This document shows positions 29,501 to 61,255 of a DNA stretch of 64,000 nucleotides, piece after piece. The translations under genes were made by a program, and so were the position numbers. Source of the stretch: Tubulanus polymorphus (taxonomy: Eukaryota; Animalia; Nemertea). The notes below the pieces were generated by a model. The model had not been told where the DNA came from, did not search any database, and worked only from the letters and a program-made list of their open reading frames with translations. Location of the stretch: positions 4,124,485 through 4,188,484 of the forward strand of contig NC_134027.1 of NCBI RefSeq assembly GCF_964204645.1, read 5' to 3'. Within the stretch, counting starts at the first letter, position 1, and each line of letters begins with the position of its first letter.

Positions 29501-31220
29501 GAATGTAACTTATTTTGCCATTGGATGAACAGACTTTAAAAACATATTACATGTACTCTAGTGCCATCTGATTTGCATAATAGATCATTGACACATTCTA
29601 ATACGTATTCAGATATTTCATCGCAGAATTTCCTATGCGTGCCATGCATCACGGTTTCAGAATATACAAGCAAATAAAAGTTCAGATATGTGAAGATGTG
29701 TGTTAGAATTGGTTAATGTTGGTGTCTGATTGTAACCATTTTAGGCTGATGGATAAGACACACCCATGGCAGGCCCCATGGGCTTATGGATGTTTATGTT
29801 TTGTTGACCTTGTAGTGTTGATGTATTAATGGCATTTTGTGGCTTAGTGTATCATAGAAAGTAAGATAAAAATCTCAATAATAAGCAAAGATGTTTTGTG
29901 TTCATTTTAATTTTTAGATTGATTGATTATGTGCGACTGGTTTATTTTCATCAATCTTATGGAGGAATTTTTCAATTTACTGATTGAGTGTTAAACGCTT
30001 ACACTTCTGATATCAAACAAAGTATTTACTACGAGCCTGTGAGTCCGAGCTGAAATTCTGAGTCTCGATTGCAACTCAATTCGATGTAACTAATAAAACA
30101 GCGTTTGGAGTCTGACACCAGGATTAGGAGTACAATTTTATTTACACTCCAACCATTTCTATGGTACATGGAGGGAGACTTATACAAAATATACAATATT
30201 TACAATTAACAGAAAGTATAATTTTGTTTTGATAAAATATAACAAAGTTATTAACAATATATACATACACTATTTAAAACATACTAATTATTGGAGGGAT
30301 CTATATACATCTAAGCCTTGTTTAATGAATTTTGCAAGGTGGATTGTAGGATTTTTTCGAATATCAAGATTGCCAAAAGAGTTCAGATTCAAAATGTTTT
30401 CACGGATTTCATTCAGTAGGTTGCAGTTAAAAATAAAATGCAATTCATCACCTAAAACATTACAAGCCGAACATAATCTATCATTTCTATCTAACGGAAG
30501 ATTTGATGATTTATTTACAGGCAAGAGATAAGACCCAATTCTAAATTCGAATAAACTTATTACTAAATCTTCATCAAGTTCACTAATATATCTTTCTAAT
30601 TTAATATCATTTTTGCATTGTCTATAATTAATGTATGTCGGGCTAGCATCTAGATTTACGTTACCTTCGCCATCTATTAGAATTTTACTGAACTATCAAA
30701 TTTCTGGAAATCTACCAAGATGACCAGCCAACCAATCATATTTCACAAGTGCCATCTATCGGAATTTGAGTAGAGATAAATGAAGAAATCCTGCACTTCG
30801 AATTATATTCTTCAGAGTAAATAATGTAACTAAGTGAAGTGGAGTGAAGAGGATGGAGATAGCAGAGTGACACATCGTGGCATCTTGGAGTAAACATTCA
30901 AATGATTACTCTAAGGTGGCATTAACCAAAATCTAATAAACAGTTGATGTGTCTAGATAATAATTGGTTATGTGGAGAAAAACCAGTATTTAAATTAGTA
31001 GCAAAAATGGATTTCAAAAGTTTACATATTAGGGCTTATTCTACTATGTGTCTCTTATGAATGTCTTTACAAGGATAAATAAGTTTCAAATTCTGAAAGT
31101 CAAATTGATGATTGGTTGTAAAAACATGATTTGCTATCCCACTCACAGGCTTTTGGTTGTGGATATCTATTCTGTGTTCTTTGATACGCTGATTAAGATT
31201 ACGTCCCGTTTCACCAATTT
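26532..31220. repeat. Tandem segmental triplication, unit ~1.41-1.43 kb (copies start 26532, 27940, 29368)
   Basis: Near-identical blocks (e.g. catgaattccatgtaaataaagaatgtaacgatatc; cccatggcaggccccatggg) recur three times; copy 3 carries an extra ~530-bp insertion. Confidence 0.95.
30122..30651 (-). mobile_element. 5'-truncated non-LTR retrotransposon (LINE) 3' end inserted in repeat copy 3
   Basis: Open frame 30650->30288: YINYRQCKNDIKLERYI...FEFRIGSYLLP...RNDRLCSACNVLGDELHFIFNC (CxxC...H...C, typical ORF2 C-terminus), then a short 3' UTR with AATAAA. Absent from copies 1 and 2 at the site gacaccag|atttacg. Confidence 0.85.
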
Positions 31221-31270
31221 ACACCATATTACAGTATTTACATGGTATCTTAAAGACACCAACTTTGTTC
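31040..31270 (-). mobile_element. Degenerate Penelope-like element, GIY-YIG endonuclease remnant (partial copies at ~27775-27947 and ~29200-29375)
   Basis: Minus-strand translation NKVGVFKIPCKYCNMV*IGETGRNLNQRIKEHRID...IANH...NHQFDF matches the PLE motif GVYxIPCxxC...YIGETGR...RxKEH; the Tyr of YIG is a TAA stop. Confidence 0.85.
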
Positions 31271-32371
31271 AAAATTTTGTCTGGATAGGCTAGTTGAGTA
31301 GAGATGTTGATGAATGGGTGTCTGGGTTCGAACAATATAATCAGGACCCCTCAATCTCTTATTTCTGGATCACTCGGGATCATTATCCGGTTTGCCGTTA
31401 GTGGCAATTGACAAATAACTTGCCAGTTATATGTGTAACAAAGATGCAGTAAATCCTAATCAGCATCAGCATCGTTCGGAATCATCATCAGAATAAACAG
31501 AGAGAGGATAAAAAGGCTGCCAAATGATCAAAAGAAAAGAAACAACTGCATATGATATATAGTTATATGGTTTCTTTCATTCGTTTATTCTGTTTTATGT
31601 ACAAAAGTATAAAATCTCATCATTGTAATTCGACCTATCTACAGAAATAATACAATCACAGCCATCACCAGATACAGTATGAAAACAATGCATTCCATGT
31701 ACTAAATACTAAAACTACGTCTATTCAATCCAAAATATCATAAAAATCTTAATTGACATTTGATGCAGCATAGCTGTATCTAATAACTAGTTCATATTGT
31801 ATTAGTATTTATCTCATGTCAACTATGACAAAAACTTTGCTAAACCCTGAAAAGCAATAAAAATGCTTCTGTTTTGACATCAAATTGATATTACGCAAGT
31901 AGCAACAGTGGAATACCAGTATTTGACAATGACGATAAAATTGGAATGTTACTCGGCTAGATGTGTATGAAAAAGTTTGGCAAATTCAAGCACTTCTTGT
32001 TAAAGGTTATATGATTTCTGATTTGAGCAGTTTAAAATTCTACTAAATAAATCCTACTGCTTGAGACTCATCCCTCCAAACACATTCATCCCCAATTAAC
32101 ACATCTCTGATAAAAAAAATTCACAACACCATTCTCTTACACGCATACAGTTGAAAATAATACATTTGTATTCCATTATAAAAGAGATTTCAAAAAAGGT
32201 CTGAAGTTGTAGTATAAAATGCCTTTCGATAATACAAAATCCATAAAATGTATAATTCAGATGTATATCTGTACATAGTCTTTACAATTTATATTTGTTT
32301 AAATAAGACACTCAAAACACATACACAATCGCTGAGCACATAACACCCTGGATATTCAATACTCTATCTAA

Positions 32372-52331
<19,960 letters not shown>

Positions 52332-53981
52332 TATATTGTACTTCGTTATCGGTCTATAATAGACTTGTCTTATTCAAATAGGTCGATTATTGAAAAAAAA
52401 AGCTGAATTGAATAGATATTTGTAACTGTAAGACCAGCGGGTCGGATTATAGACAGTTTATCTGATGTACATCAAATGTTTTCCATCATTAGCCGGTGTG
52501 TGAGTGCGTATTGAAGCGATTCCGAGAATTGTTTGTAAATCATTCAATTTACAGCTGTTATGTATTGTTTTTGAAATTCTGTAGATATATTATATAGATC
52601 TATATATGTATATATAAAACGAAGACTTACTGATGCGTACACTAATAGCGAACTGTTATTGCCTGGATTTGCGGTAAAATCTGACATTTTTATTTCAGTC
52701 CTCAATTTATGTCATCTTCATTCTTGTAAATTCATATTCTGCATGTTATGAGCGCATACTACATTTATTGAGCCTTTGAGTTGTTTGGTTTTGGTCGGAA
52801 TCAGATCAGAAACGATTGGGTGATATGTTTATGATGTTTTCTAGCTACGGTGAAGATTTCCATAGAATGTGACTAAGATGCGTTTCTTCTTTTTTTATTT
52901 TTTTTTCTCAAAAAGATAGTTTTGCGGTGTTTATTTTTAACTTGTAACATATGATTATTGTACATTGTTTGATGTGTATCTCTTATTATACTACTTCGCT
53001 TGGGACGAAGGTGTCACTAGCAGTATCTTAGTCCGATAGATCACTTGAAATAATTGCTTCCTTCATTATTCTTTCAATTTCATAATTCCCTATCATTATC
53101 ATTTGTATCTATGAATTTCGGTCTATTGAAATGAAGAATGTAGTTGTGCCAAAACTAGAAAGCAGTTAATATTCTTTGAGCTATTAAACATCGCATTATA
53201 AGTGAACTATGGAAATGTGCTAATTATTTGTTCGGTCTGGAAAGTAATTTATCTTAGTTAGCACTCGGTTCATAAATGCTTTAAAATGAATTCATAAAAG
53301 AAGAAATAAATCCTCTCAAAAGGTAAATGATATTTTCTTTCATACAGGTAAGCAGTGTTAAGTTATTGAAACACACTGATTGTTGAAAAATGTGCTTCAG
53401 AGAAATCCCACAACTGAAGACTAAATATTCAAAAAATGAAAAGTTTACTGAGAACACACTGTCCGAGTCTTTTTTCAAATAAACCGTATTGAAGTTACCA
53501 TCAGTAAATTATATATTGATTGTTTAAACTAATGTAGTCATTGATTGTAATCATTTCATGTTTAAACTAGATGTTTTGACATGGATTGAAATATTGTATA
53601 TATTAACACAATAAATGTCGTTTATGTTTGATTTTCTCTGTACATTTGTTCAATTCGAATAATACAAGAGCTACCATTTGGAAATATATCATCTTGTTAG
53701 TTTATCTTCTTTGTGATCTGGTATATTTTCAACATATTGGCATCCGGTTTATGACTTGGTATTTTTCCAGCACTAAGCCCAGGTTCAACAATGTGCTCGC
53801 AATGCTCCAAGGGGTCACCAGTAAACAGTGACCTAGTCTGATCCACATGAAGGGTTTGCGGCCAAGGTTTGTATTGACGGCGAATTTCGACGGGAGGCAA
53901 TCAAACCCTGGCAAGCGAGGATGATCTTACCCCATATGAAGTTTTGAATTGATGTCATGATCCCCATATGTTACGACCTAA

Positions 53982-54339
53982 AGCCTAGCGCACATCGACA
54001 CTGGCGATTGGAGACAACTAGTTGCTACCGAACGATTACCCGCGCACATCGAAATCTAGTTACAACCGGTCAGTTGCAGCAACTGCATGGCGCGTGTCGA
54101 TCGTCGAGATCCAGAGCGCGCACATCGACGGATATGACTGCGATTGAGTACAACCAGTTGCTCAAAAGTAGAACATGGGCAACTGGTTGGAACTGGAGAT
54201 AGATCGACGCTTACCAATCGTAAGCTCGCTCACATCGACACATTCAAGCAACTGATCGTATCCAGCCAGTTCCTCTCATGGGCCGAAAACTGCCTTGCAA
54301 CTAGTTGTCTCCAATCGCAGTGTCAATGTGCGCTAGGCT
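53982..54339. mobile_element. PIF/Harbinger-type MITE
   Basis: ~40-bp TIR agcctagcgcacatcgacactggcgattggagacaactagttg; TAA duplicated on both sides; internal cgcacatcga repeats. Confidence 0.85.
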
Positions 54340-54655
54340 TAACACTTATTGGCGAGCAGGACTAGATACGTTGATTTCACTAGAGATCGCACTATTCTTT
54401 CAGTTCGTTTCAGTGTGAGAAAGAGAAAAGCAATAATGATGATGATGTAATGATGACGACGGTGATGATAATGATGGCGAAGGGGCATAATAATGATAAT
54501 ATTCTGCGGAACAACAATAGGGTTTCTGTGAAAGCAGCAGAAAACCGAAATTGAAATAATACGATTAGTTCAGTGCGCAGTTACGTCTGCAACCAAGTCC
54601 CTTTTTTAGTTCGCTCTACGTTGTTGCATAATTGTTAAATAAGTGTCAGCGCTAA

Positions 54656-54971
54656 AGCCCAACGCACACGGCAAAACATTTGTTTCGCCGAAACAGAAAA
54701 CACGTTTTTCACAAAACTTTTTTTGTAAAACGTTTTGCCCGCAAACGATAAAACGTTCAACGCACACGGGACAAAAACGTTTTCGACTACATAAAACGTT
54801 TTTCGCAAATCAAGCAGTGCTTGTTTCGCGAAAAACGTTTTTTGCTCATGAAAAACGTTTTTCAGTTCGGCGTTTTGTGTTTTGCCTCCCCCGCACACGG
54901 CATAACAAAAAACATCGAACACGTTTTTTCAAGAGGAAACAACGTTTTTCCGGTGCCGTGTGCGTTGGGCT
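54656..54971. mobile_element. PIF/Harbinger-type MITE
   Basis: TIR agcccaacgcacacggca / tgccgtgtgcgttgggct; TAA TSD; many internal aaaacgtttt motifs. Confidence 0.85.
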
Positions 54972-55130
54972 TAAGTGTGACACTTCTACGGTTGTTGCCG
55001 AGAAAGAAAAATTGACAAAAATGGAAATCGATAAATATCTTCATTACATATTAATTTCTTTCCATGACAACGGCAAATTCAGAGAGCTGAGTTTTATAGT
55101 TACACATGTACGTAACATTTAATTTCAACC

Positions 55131-57338
55131 ATGTTTTATTTCAGTCTTCATCTCATGGCTGTTTTCATAATTCAAGTTAGAACTGCACCTTTAGGTAAGT
55201 TCACTTTATTTTGATAGCACGTTGATCTTTTGTTTTTTTTTGGGTTTTCTGCTTTTTCACAGTAAACCCCATTGCTTTCCGCCGGATAATCATTACCAAT
55301 ATTCCTATCCCTTTTAATTCCAAAAATACGGCATTCCTACGGAATATTTTCTAGGATTCTAAAAAAAGGTAAAAAGTCTTATTTGGATGTCAATGAATGG
55401 AAGTGAAGTCTATGCATGCAATTCTGGTGATATCGGTGACGAAATGCGTTATCTTCAGAAAATATGTGACATATTCAATGACGAGCGTAAAAAAACCCCT
55501 GTGAAGCTGGCTCCCGGTTCCCGGTTCCTTATTCGGCTCCCGGTTCAAAAGCATTTTGAATCGGGAGCCGAATAAGGAACCGGGAACCGGGAGCCAGCTT
55601 CACAGGGGTGTAAAAAATACTTAACCTAGCCTTATGCAAAAAATTCAATCAAGCAATTAATACTGATGCTAACAGCTTTAAGAAACTAGCACGTTTCTGT
55701 GGATTTTTGATAAAGCAATTTTGATACTGAATTATTGTTTATTTTGGATTTGTTCCAAGATATTGGTCATTGTTGAAAATGTTTTTTTTATGAAACTGTT
55801 AACTAAACAACATCTATCTTCAGGAAAAGTTCATTAGGAACTTCTGGTTTTAAGTTAAGAGACCAATGGTCTGTATGATTGTGTCATGACTTTATTATAG
55901 CATTCTTATTCTAATTGAAGGTCAGAATAAACTTTGCTTTACTTTGCCCTGTATAATGTAAACAAAATTATTTCCCTCCACCATAGAAATGATAGAGGAA
56001 TAACCAAATAACATTTAGTTACCGGATTTTATCAAGGCGAGGCAATAAACAATCGAATTGTTTGAAATACAGTAGAATTCGCTTAATTCGGATCATTTGG
56101 GACCAACAAAATTCATCCAGATTAGAATGACGGCCAATTGAACTATCCCAATTTACAGTCTTTAACATGGCAGCTTGCAACCGCTGTCGTATAGCCAAAA
56201 CACCGAATGTTGTTCACCGAGTGAAAATCTATATTACATTCATAATTAAACTTTTTTTCCGGGACAAAAAAACACTGGTGTAGATGAACGGTACAGTTTA
56301 TAACCAAGTTGAACGAGTTTATGATATAAATAAACCATGATATTACTATTTTAGACTACACCTCATCTAATTCTGTATTAAAGAAGACAAGATACAGAAG
56401 ATGTGTTAGAGTAACATATCTATTGTCTTCTTACCATATGTCTGTAATGACATCTGTCCACTCGACACCTAGAAAGTGAAATATTTGTTATTCAATCTGA
56501 TTCTTGTTCTTTTTTGATACCAATAGAAAATGATCAAATAACTAGTGGCTAGTTGCTTGTAAGTCGAAGGGCAGCCCTGGATAAAGGTTGCACCTGGAAT
56601 AACTTTATTTTCAGTTGAAAAAAATGTTGATGAGCAACTTTCACTCAGGTATCTTAATTTGTCGCTGTTTCTAGATACGTGTGGGCCCCAGCAAAGACTC
56701 AGATGGAAGATTATTGCAGAGAAGGCGATGACTGGAATGGTAGATGATTGCGTTCAAGGTCTCACTTTAGGACAGTGTATCAATTTATGTGGGAATTTCA
56801 CGAAGTTCCTCTGCAGATCTGCTGATTATGTGGAATCAACCCAGAAATGTTGTATTCAACCTGAAAGTAGATTTACTCGGCCAGATATATTTGATAATTG
56901 GCCAGGTCTTCAGTTGATAGATTGGAGCTGTGAACGTATGGATAAGTTGGGTTTGTATCATTAAAACAGTCATGAATTGTATCGTCATTAATATTTGTAC
57001 CCATTGTTAAAAGAGCAATGTTTGATCTGGTGGTATTTTTTTGCAACTTTGATCTTGTATATTTTGTAGATTTCGTGATTCATACCGAGGCCAAGAGTCT
57101 GCCTTTACCTGATATCGATCCACTTGAACCAGTCACAGTAACCGCGTCTGGATTTAAATGTGGTTTGAAATGTATTTTCAATCGTGAATGTGATTTGTTT
57201 TTCACCAAACCACGAAACAACGTTTTTGAATGTCATTTATATAATACGGATCTGATTGCTGACGATAAATGGCAAAAAGCGACCGATGAAATTATCTATA
57301 AGGACAAATCTAGATTTAGATACCTGAATATATTGTGA
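55131..57338 (+). CDS. Small secreted PAN/apple-domain protein (exons 55131-55194, 56675-56935, 57070-57338)
   Basis: Signal-peptide-like exon MFYFSLHLMAVFIIQVRTAPL with donor G|GTAAGT in phase 1; PAN pattern TLGQCINLC...FLCRSADY...KCCI; second PAN-like CGLKCIFNRECDLF...CHLY. Phases agree. First-exon assignment is less certain. Confidence 0.7.
55495..55609. mobile_element. Near-perfect 115-bp hairpin element
   Basis: acccctgtgaagctggctcccggttcccggttccttattcggctcccg is followed by its exact reverse complement. Confidence 0.85.
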
Positions 57339-57769
57339 AACGATACAGTGTGAGCTATGTTATCAAATGGCAATACCTCAATGCCAATTGTAATGCAGTG
57401 CCATTGAGAAAACTCCGCTTAACTCGGAATTCTCCGGACCAGAACATTCCGAGGAATGCGATTTCCCAATTTTCCCCCATTGCTCACACATTCTTTTGTA
57501 TTGGTTCTTTTCTTTGAAAATCTAACTTTATATTAAGCCAACTTATAGAATATTAGAACACGTCGGAAGGTAGGCCTAATTAATTCCTTGAAATATAGAA
57601 GCCCCGTACACAAGTCGAAAGAGCGGTTCGTGTGCGGGTGATTTTTCCAGCGCAATTATCATCAGCATCTTTAACACCATCATCTCCATTTGCCCCATCA
57701 TCACCATATCCGATACACCTATTCATCCAATCAAACAGTCATCAAGTCCAATCAACCAATCAGTCATCC

Positions 57770-57960
57770 AATCATCCAGTCGTCCTGTCATCCAGTCGTC
57801 GTTTCGAAAGACCGGCTGGATGACAGGTCGACTGGATAGTCGACCTGTCATCCAGCCGATCTTTGATCCAGCCGACTTGTTAGTCCAGTCATCCAGTCGT
57901 CCAGCATACCTTATTATCCTGAGTCACCCCAGTGAATCTTGATGTCATCCAGTCGGCTAA
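57770..57960. repeat. Cluster of short tcatccag/gtcatcca repeats in both orientations
   Basis: cctgtcatccag at 57784 and 57844, inverse ctggatgacagg at 57816. Confidence 0.6.
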
Positions 57961-58619
57961 TCGCCCAGTATACCTTGTCGCCTGTCTAGAGTCGGCGGAT
58001 CTTCGAATAACGTCAAATGGTTTTCCATCATTTTTGGAATGCTCCACTGTTGATGATATTGAGCGCAATCTTATGAAAACATATATTTCTAGGAGAGCTT
58101 ATCTTATAACATCGAATATACAGTTTTTTTTTTACAATTAAGTACACGTTTCCGATGGTATTTCCAACAATTATCATTATATATAAATTATATCTTTAAT
58201 GGAAAATGGATTATTACTATGATTATTATTACTATACCATCATAGCGACTCGTTATTCAAATCTAAGCTTATGGCCATTTAATGCACTATTAATGAAATA
58301 CTTTTTTTCTTGCATACATTGCCACTTAGGCGCTTTGTGAGGTTGGTCTTATATTTGTATTCGCTTTTGTTTTTTTTCAAATAAAGATGAATAGTTAAAA
58401 AAACAACTCTTCGGTGTTTTTCTAGGTCAAAACGCTTGAAAATGTACGTACCTAGATACATTAATCATACCTAAAGTCCAGTCAGTCATAAATGTCTTCT
58501 TTTGACAATGAATCACTCCTGAGAAATCTGCCTGAAATTTTTTTCAATAAAACTTCTTCGTGTCATAATTCACGAACGTGTTATAACAACCAAATTATCT
58601 TCCTACCGAACAGGAAAAA

Positions 58620-61255
58620 ATGGAGAATGTAAACCGAGGTGGTGAGTTGAAATAATAATCAAATTGAAACAATTTCCAGGATTTGATTCTTGGGAGATAT
58701 ATTCATATATATATATTTCATATATTAGATAAATGGATTGGCTCGTGATGTCATATGGATTTTTTTCACTGACTGTTTTAAGAGCTACTATAAGTGTAGC
58801 AATAGTCTGTATGGTTAACCATACTGCTGTGAAAGAGTTATCGGAAGGAAATTGGACGATGCGCGATGAAGACATAAAAAAATGTACCTCCGATTTTAGT
58901 TTCGGTCGCAAATCCAATTATCAGGTCTGTATAGCATATAATTCTTGGTTTCTATTTCGTTCTTGCTTTGCATAACAGAAAAATATTCAGTAAACGAAAA
59001 CGAGCGAACTCACTGATTTGAAGAGATAGGGATATCAAAATTTGCATTGATTCTGACAGTTCAAGAGTATTTACCGTGCAAATCATTATCATCTATTCAT
59101 GCGAGAAAGCTCAATAACGAGATCCTGCAAAATCTTCAAAAATTGCATTTTGCATGACATTTCTCATCAATTCAGGAAGGAAGTTTAATTTGGTTGAAAG
59201 AAACGCAAGGTGTGATTCTAAGTTCGATTTATTGGGGTTATGTTGTGACTGCTTTTCCGGCGGGTATCATCGTTTCAAAGTACGGAGGTCGTATTCTATT
59301 CGGAATCACTACTGCAATATCGGTCGTAGCTACGTTATTGATACCAAGTGTTTCTACAGTTAGTTCTTATCTTGTCATCACACTTCGGTTTATCACCTGT
59401 CTTTGTCAGGTAGACTTTAAAAACGTATAAAACTAACTAGCGCTCTCGAACTAATGAGAAAATAAGTTTTTTTTGAAAATTTGTATCATAGGTTGTTGCT
59501 TTTCCGATAGGAGTAACGTTATGGGCGGCATGGGCTCCGCCTCTAGAGAGAAGTAAATTGACCATCATTTCTTTCGCTGGTACGTGCAAATTATAGAACG
59601 ATGTAGGAATAAAAAGGTTTATTCTATTCAGGGGCTTCTGGAGTTTCAGGTTGCCAAATGGGAAGTGCAGTTACTCAGATGGTTTCCGGGATTTTATGTG
59701 CATATTTGGGATGGTCGTTAAATCTTCTACATATTCAGTGGGATATCGTGTGTTTGGTGTATATGCTGGCTTATTTTCGCCTATGATACACCCGAGGAAC
59801 ATCCCAGAATATCAGCAGCGGAGAAAAAGTATATTCAGGATTCTCTATTCGGTCAGATGGAAAAAACAAGTAGATTAGTACGTATACCATTTGACTGTTA
59901 TATCATGTTGAAAAACCATTTGATAGTTGCTAGCCGCAACTAGGGCGCCATTAATCCTTGGCCCCATTCGAACTATTTGAATATCAAGTTTTCTTTTTTT
60001 TTTTTTGGGGGGGGGGGGGGTTACGTGTGTGGCGTATGCATTGGCCACTGCTTTTTTGTTTCATTGTTGGAGATTTGTGAAATGAAACGTAATTGGAAAA
60101 ATCCAATCAATGGACCGGCGAAATATACTAAACCACGCATCACAAATAGTTTTTAGAAAACAGAAAAACAACCCGACAATAATACAAAAGTACACAAACA
60201 AAATGGCGGTAATCTTTAATTAGCTAAAATATTCCTTGTAGAAGTTAAGAGATGTCCCTTGGTCTAAGGTAGTAAGTTCTGGTGCTGTGTGGGCCATAGG
60301 TATCGGCAGCTTTTGTATCGGTTGGTTTAACTTGACTTTTCTGACGTCGGTGCCGTCCTATATAAACGAGGTCCTTAAAATCGACATAAAATCGGTAAGT
60401 AGCGTATCATGAAAGATTTCCAAATGCTGACTGATGTCCTTTGATAATTCCTAAATGTCAATAATTTATCAGAATGGACTATTTTCATCATTAACGATTG
60501 GTATGATGTGGCTATTTCTACTGTTCTCCGGGATTACATCTGATTATCTCATTAGGAAGTTTCCGTCAAAAATTACATGGGTACGGAAAACCTTTTACTG
60601 TGTTGGTGAGTTATTCTAAATATCGTGTTAATCTCTTATTGAGTAAATCTAGAAAAGAATCTTATTCTTTTCCCGACAATCGTTTATTTGCAGGTATGTC
60701 CTTTTCCGCCATCCTGGTCTTGGTTTTAGGATTCTTAGATTGCTCACAAGTTGTTTTGGCGTTAGTTCTTCTCGTCACTGGACTCGCGATACTAGGATGT
60801 GCATCCAGCGTGGCTTATTCTAATCAAAATGACATAGCGCCCAAATATGCCGGATTACTGATGGGTATTTCAACAACATTGTATTCGCTGGGTGGTGTAT
60901 TAGGATCGGTTACCGTTGGAATCATTACGAAAAACGTAAGCAGAAGGAAATTGTCTAAATAATTGTTCTCAACTAGTTGCATGATTCGACAATAAATAAA
61001 TCTGAATAGATCAGTGATCGACGTATCTTTTTTTCACATTTGCAGCAAACAAGGGCTGAGTGGCAGATATTCTTCTACGCTTGTACAGGAATTGGGCTAT
61101 TCGGTGCGTTAATCTATATAATTTTCGGAAGCGGCGAAGTCCAGTCGTGGGCGAAGATCGAGTCTAAAGATATAACTACAATAGCATTTGATGTCAGAGC
61201 ATCAACGACGAGCGTAGTAGAGCATGTAAATCTGGCTTATAGAGACACAGATTAA
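58620..61255 (+). pseudogene. SLC17/sialin-like MFS anion transporter with frame disruptions (exons approx. 58620-58641, 58729-58924, 59176-59409, 59492-59579, 59650-59877, 60242-60394, 60473-60605, 60694-60935, 61066-61255)
   Basis: SLC17 motifs [82 protein letters not shown]. An extra A near 59721 shifts the frame, and exon 1/2 do not join in frame. Family call is firm; pseudogene versus assembly error is not resolved. Confidence 0.7.

Noticed and set aside
31285-31340. tRNA- or SINE-like A/B box (ggttcgaac)
   Set aside because: No cloverleaf can be built; too degenerate to call.
54635-55122. Four overlapping ORFs of 60-159 aa
   Set aside because: Products of the stop-poor aaaacgtttt-rich MITE interior.
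59915-59980. GC-rich hairpin tagttgc-tagcc-gcaacta, considered as a ribozyme
   Set aside because: I could not fit an HDV or hammerhead core; more likely a short repeat fragment in the intron.
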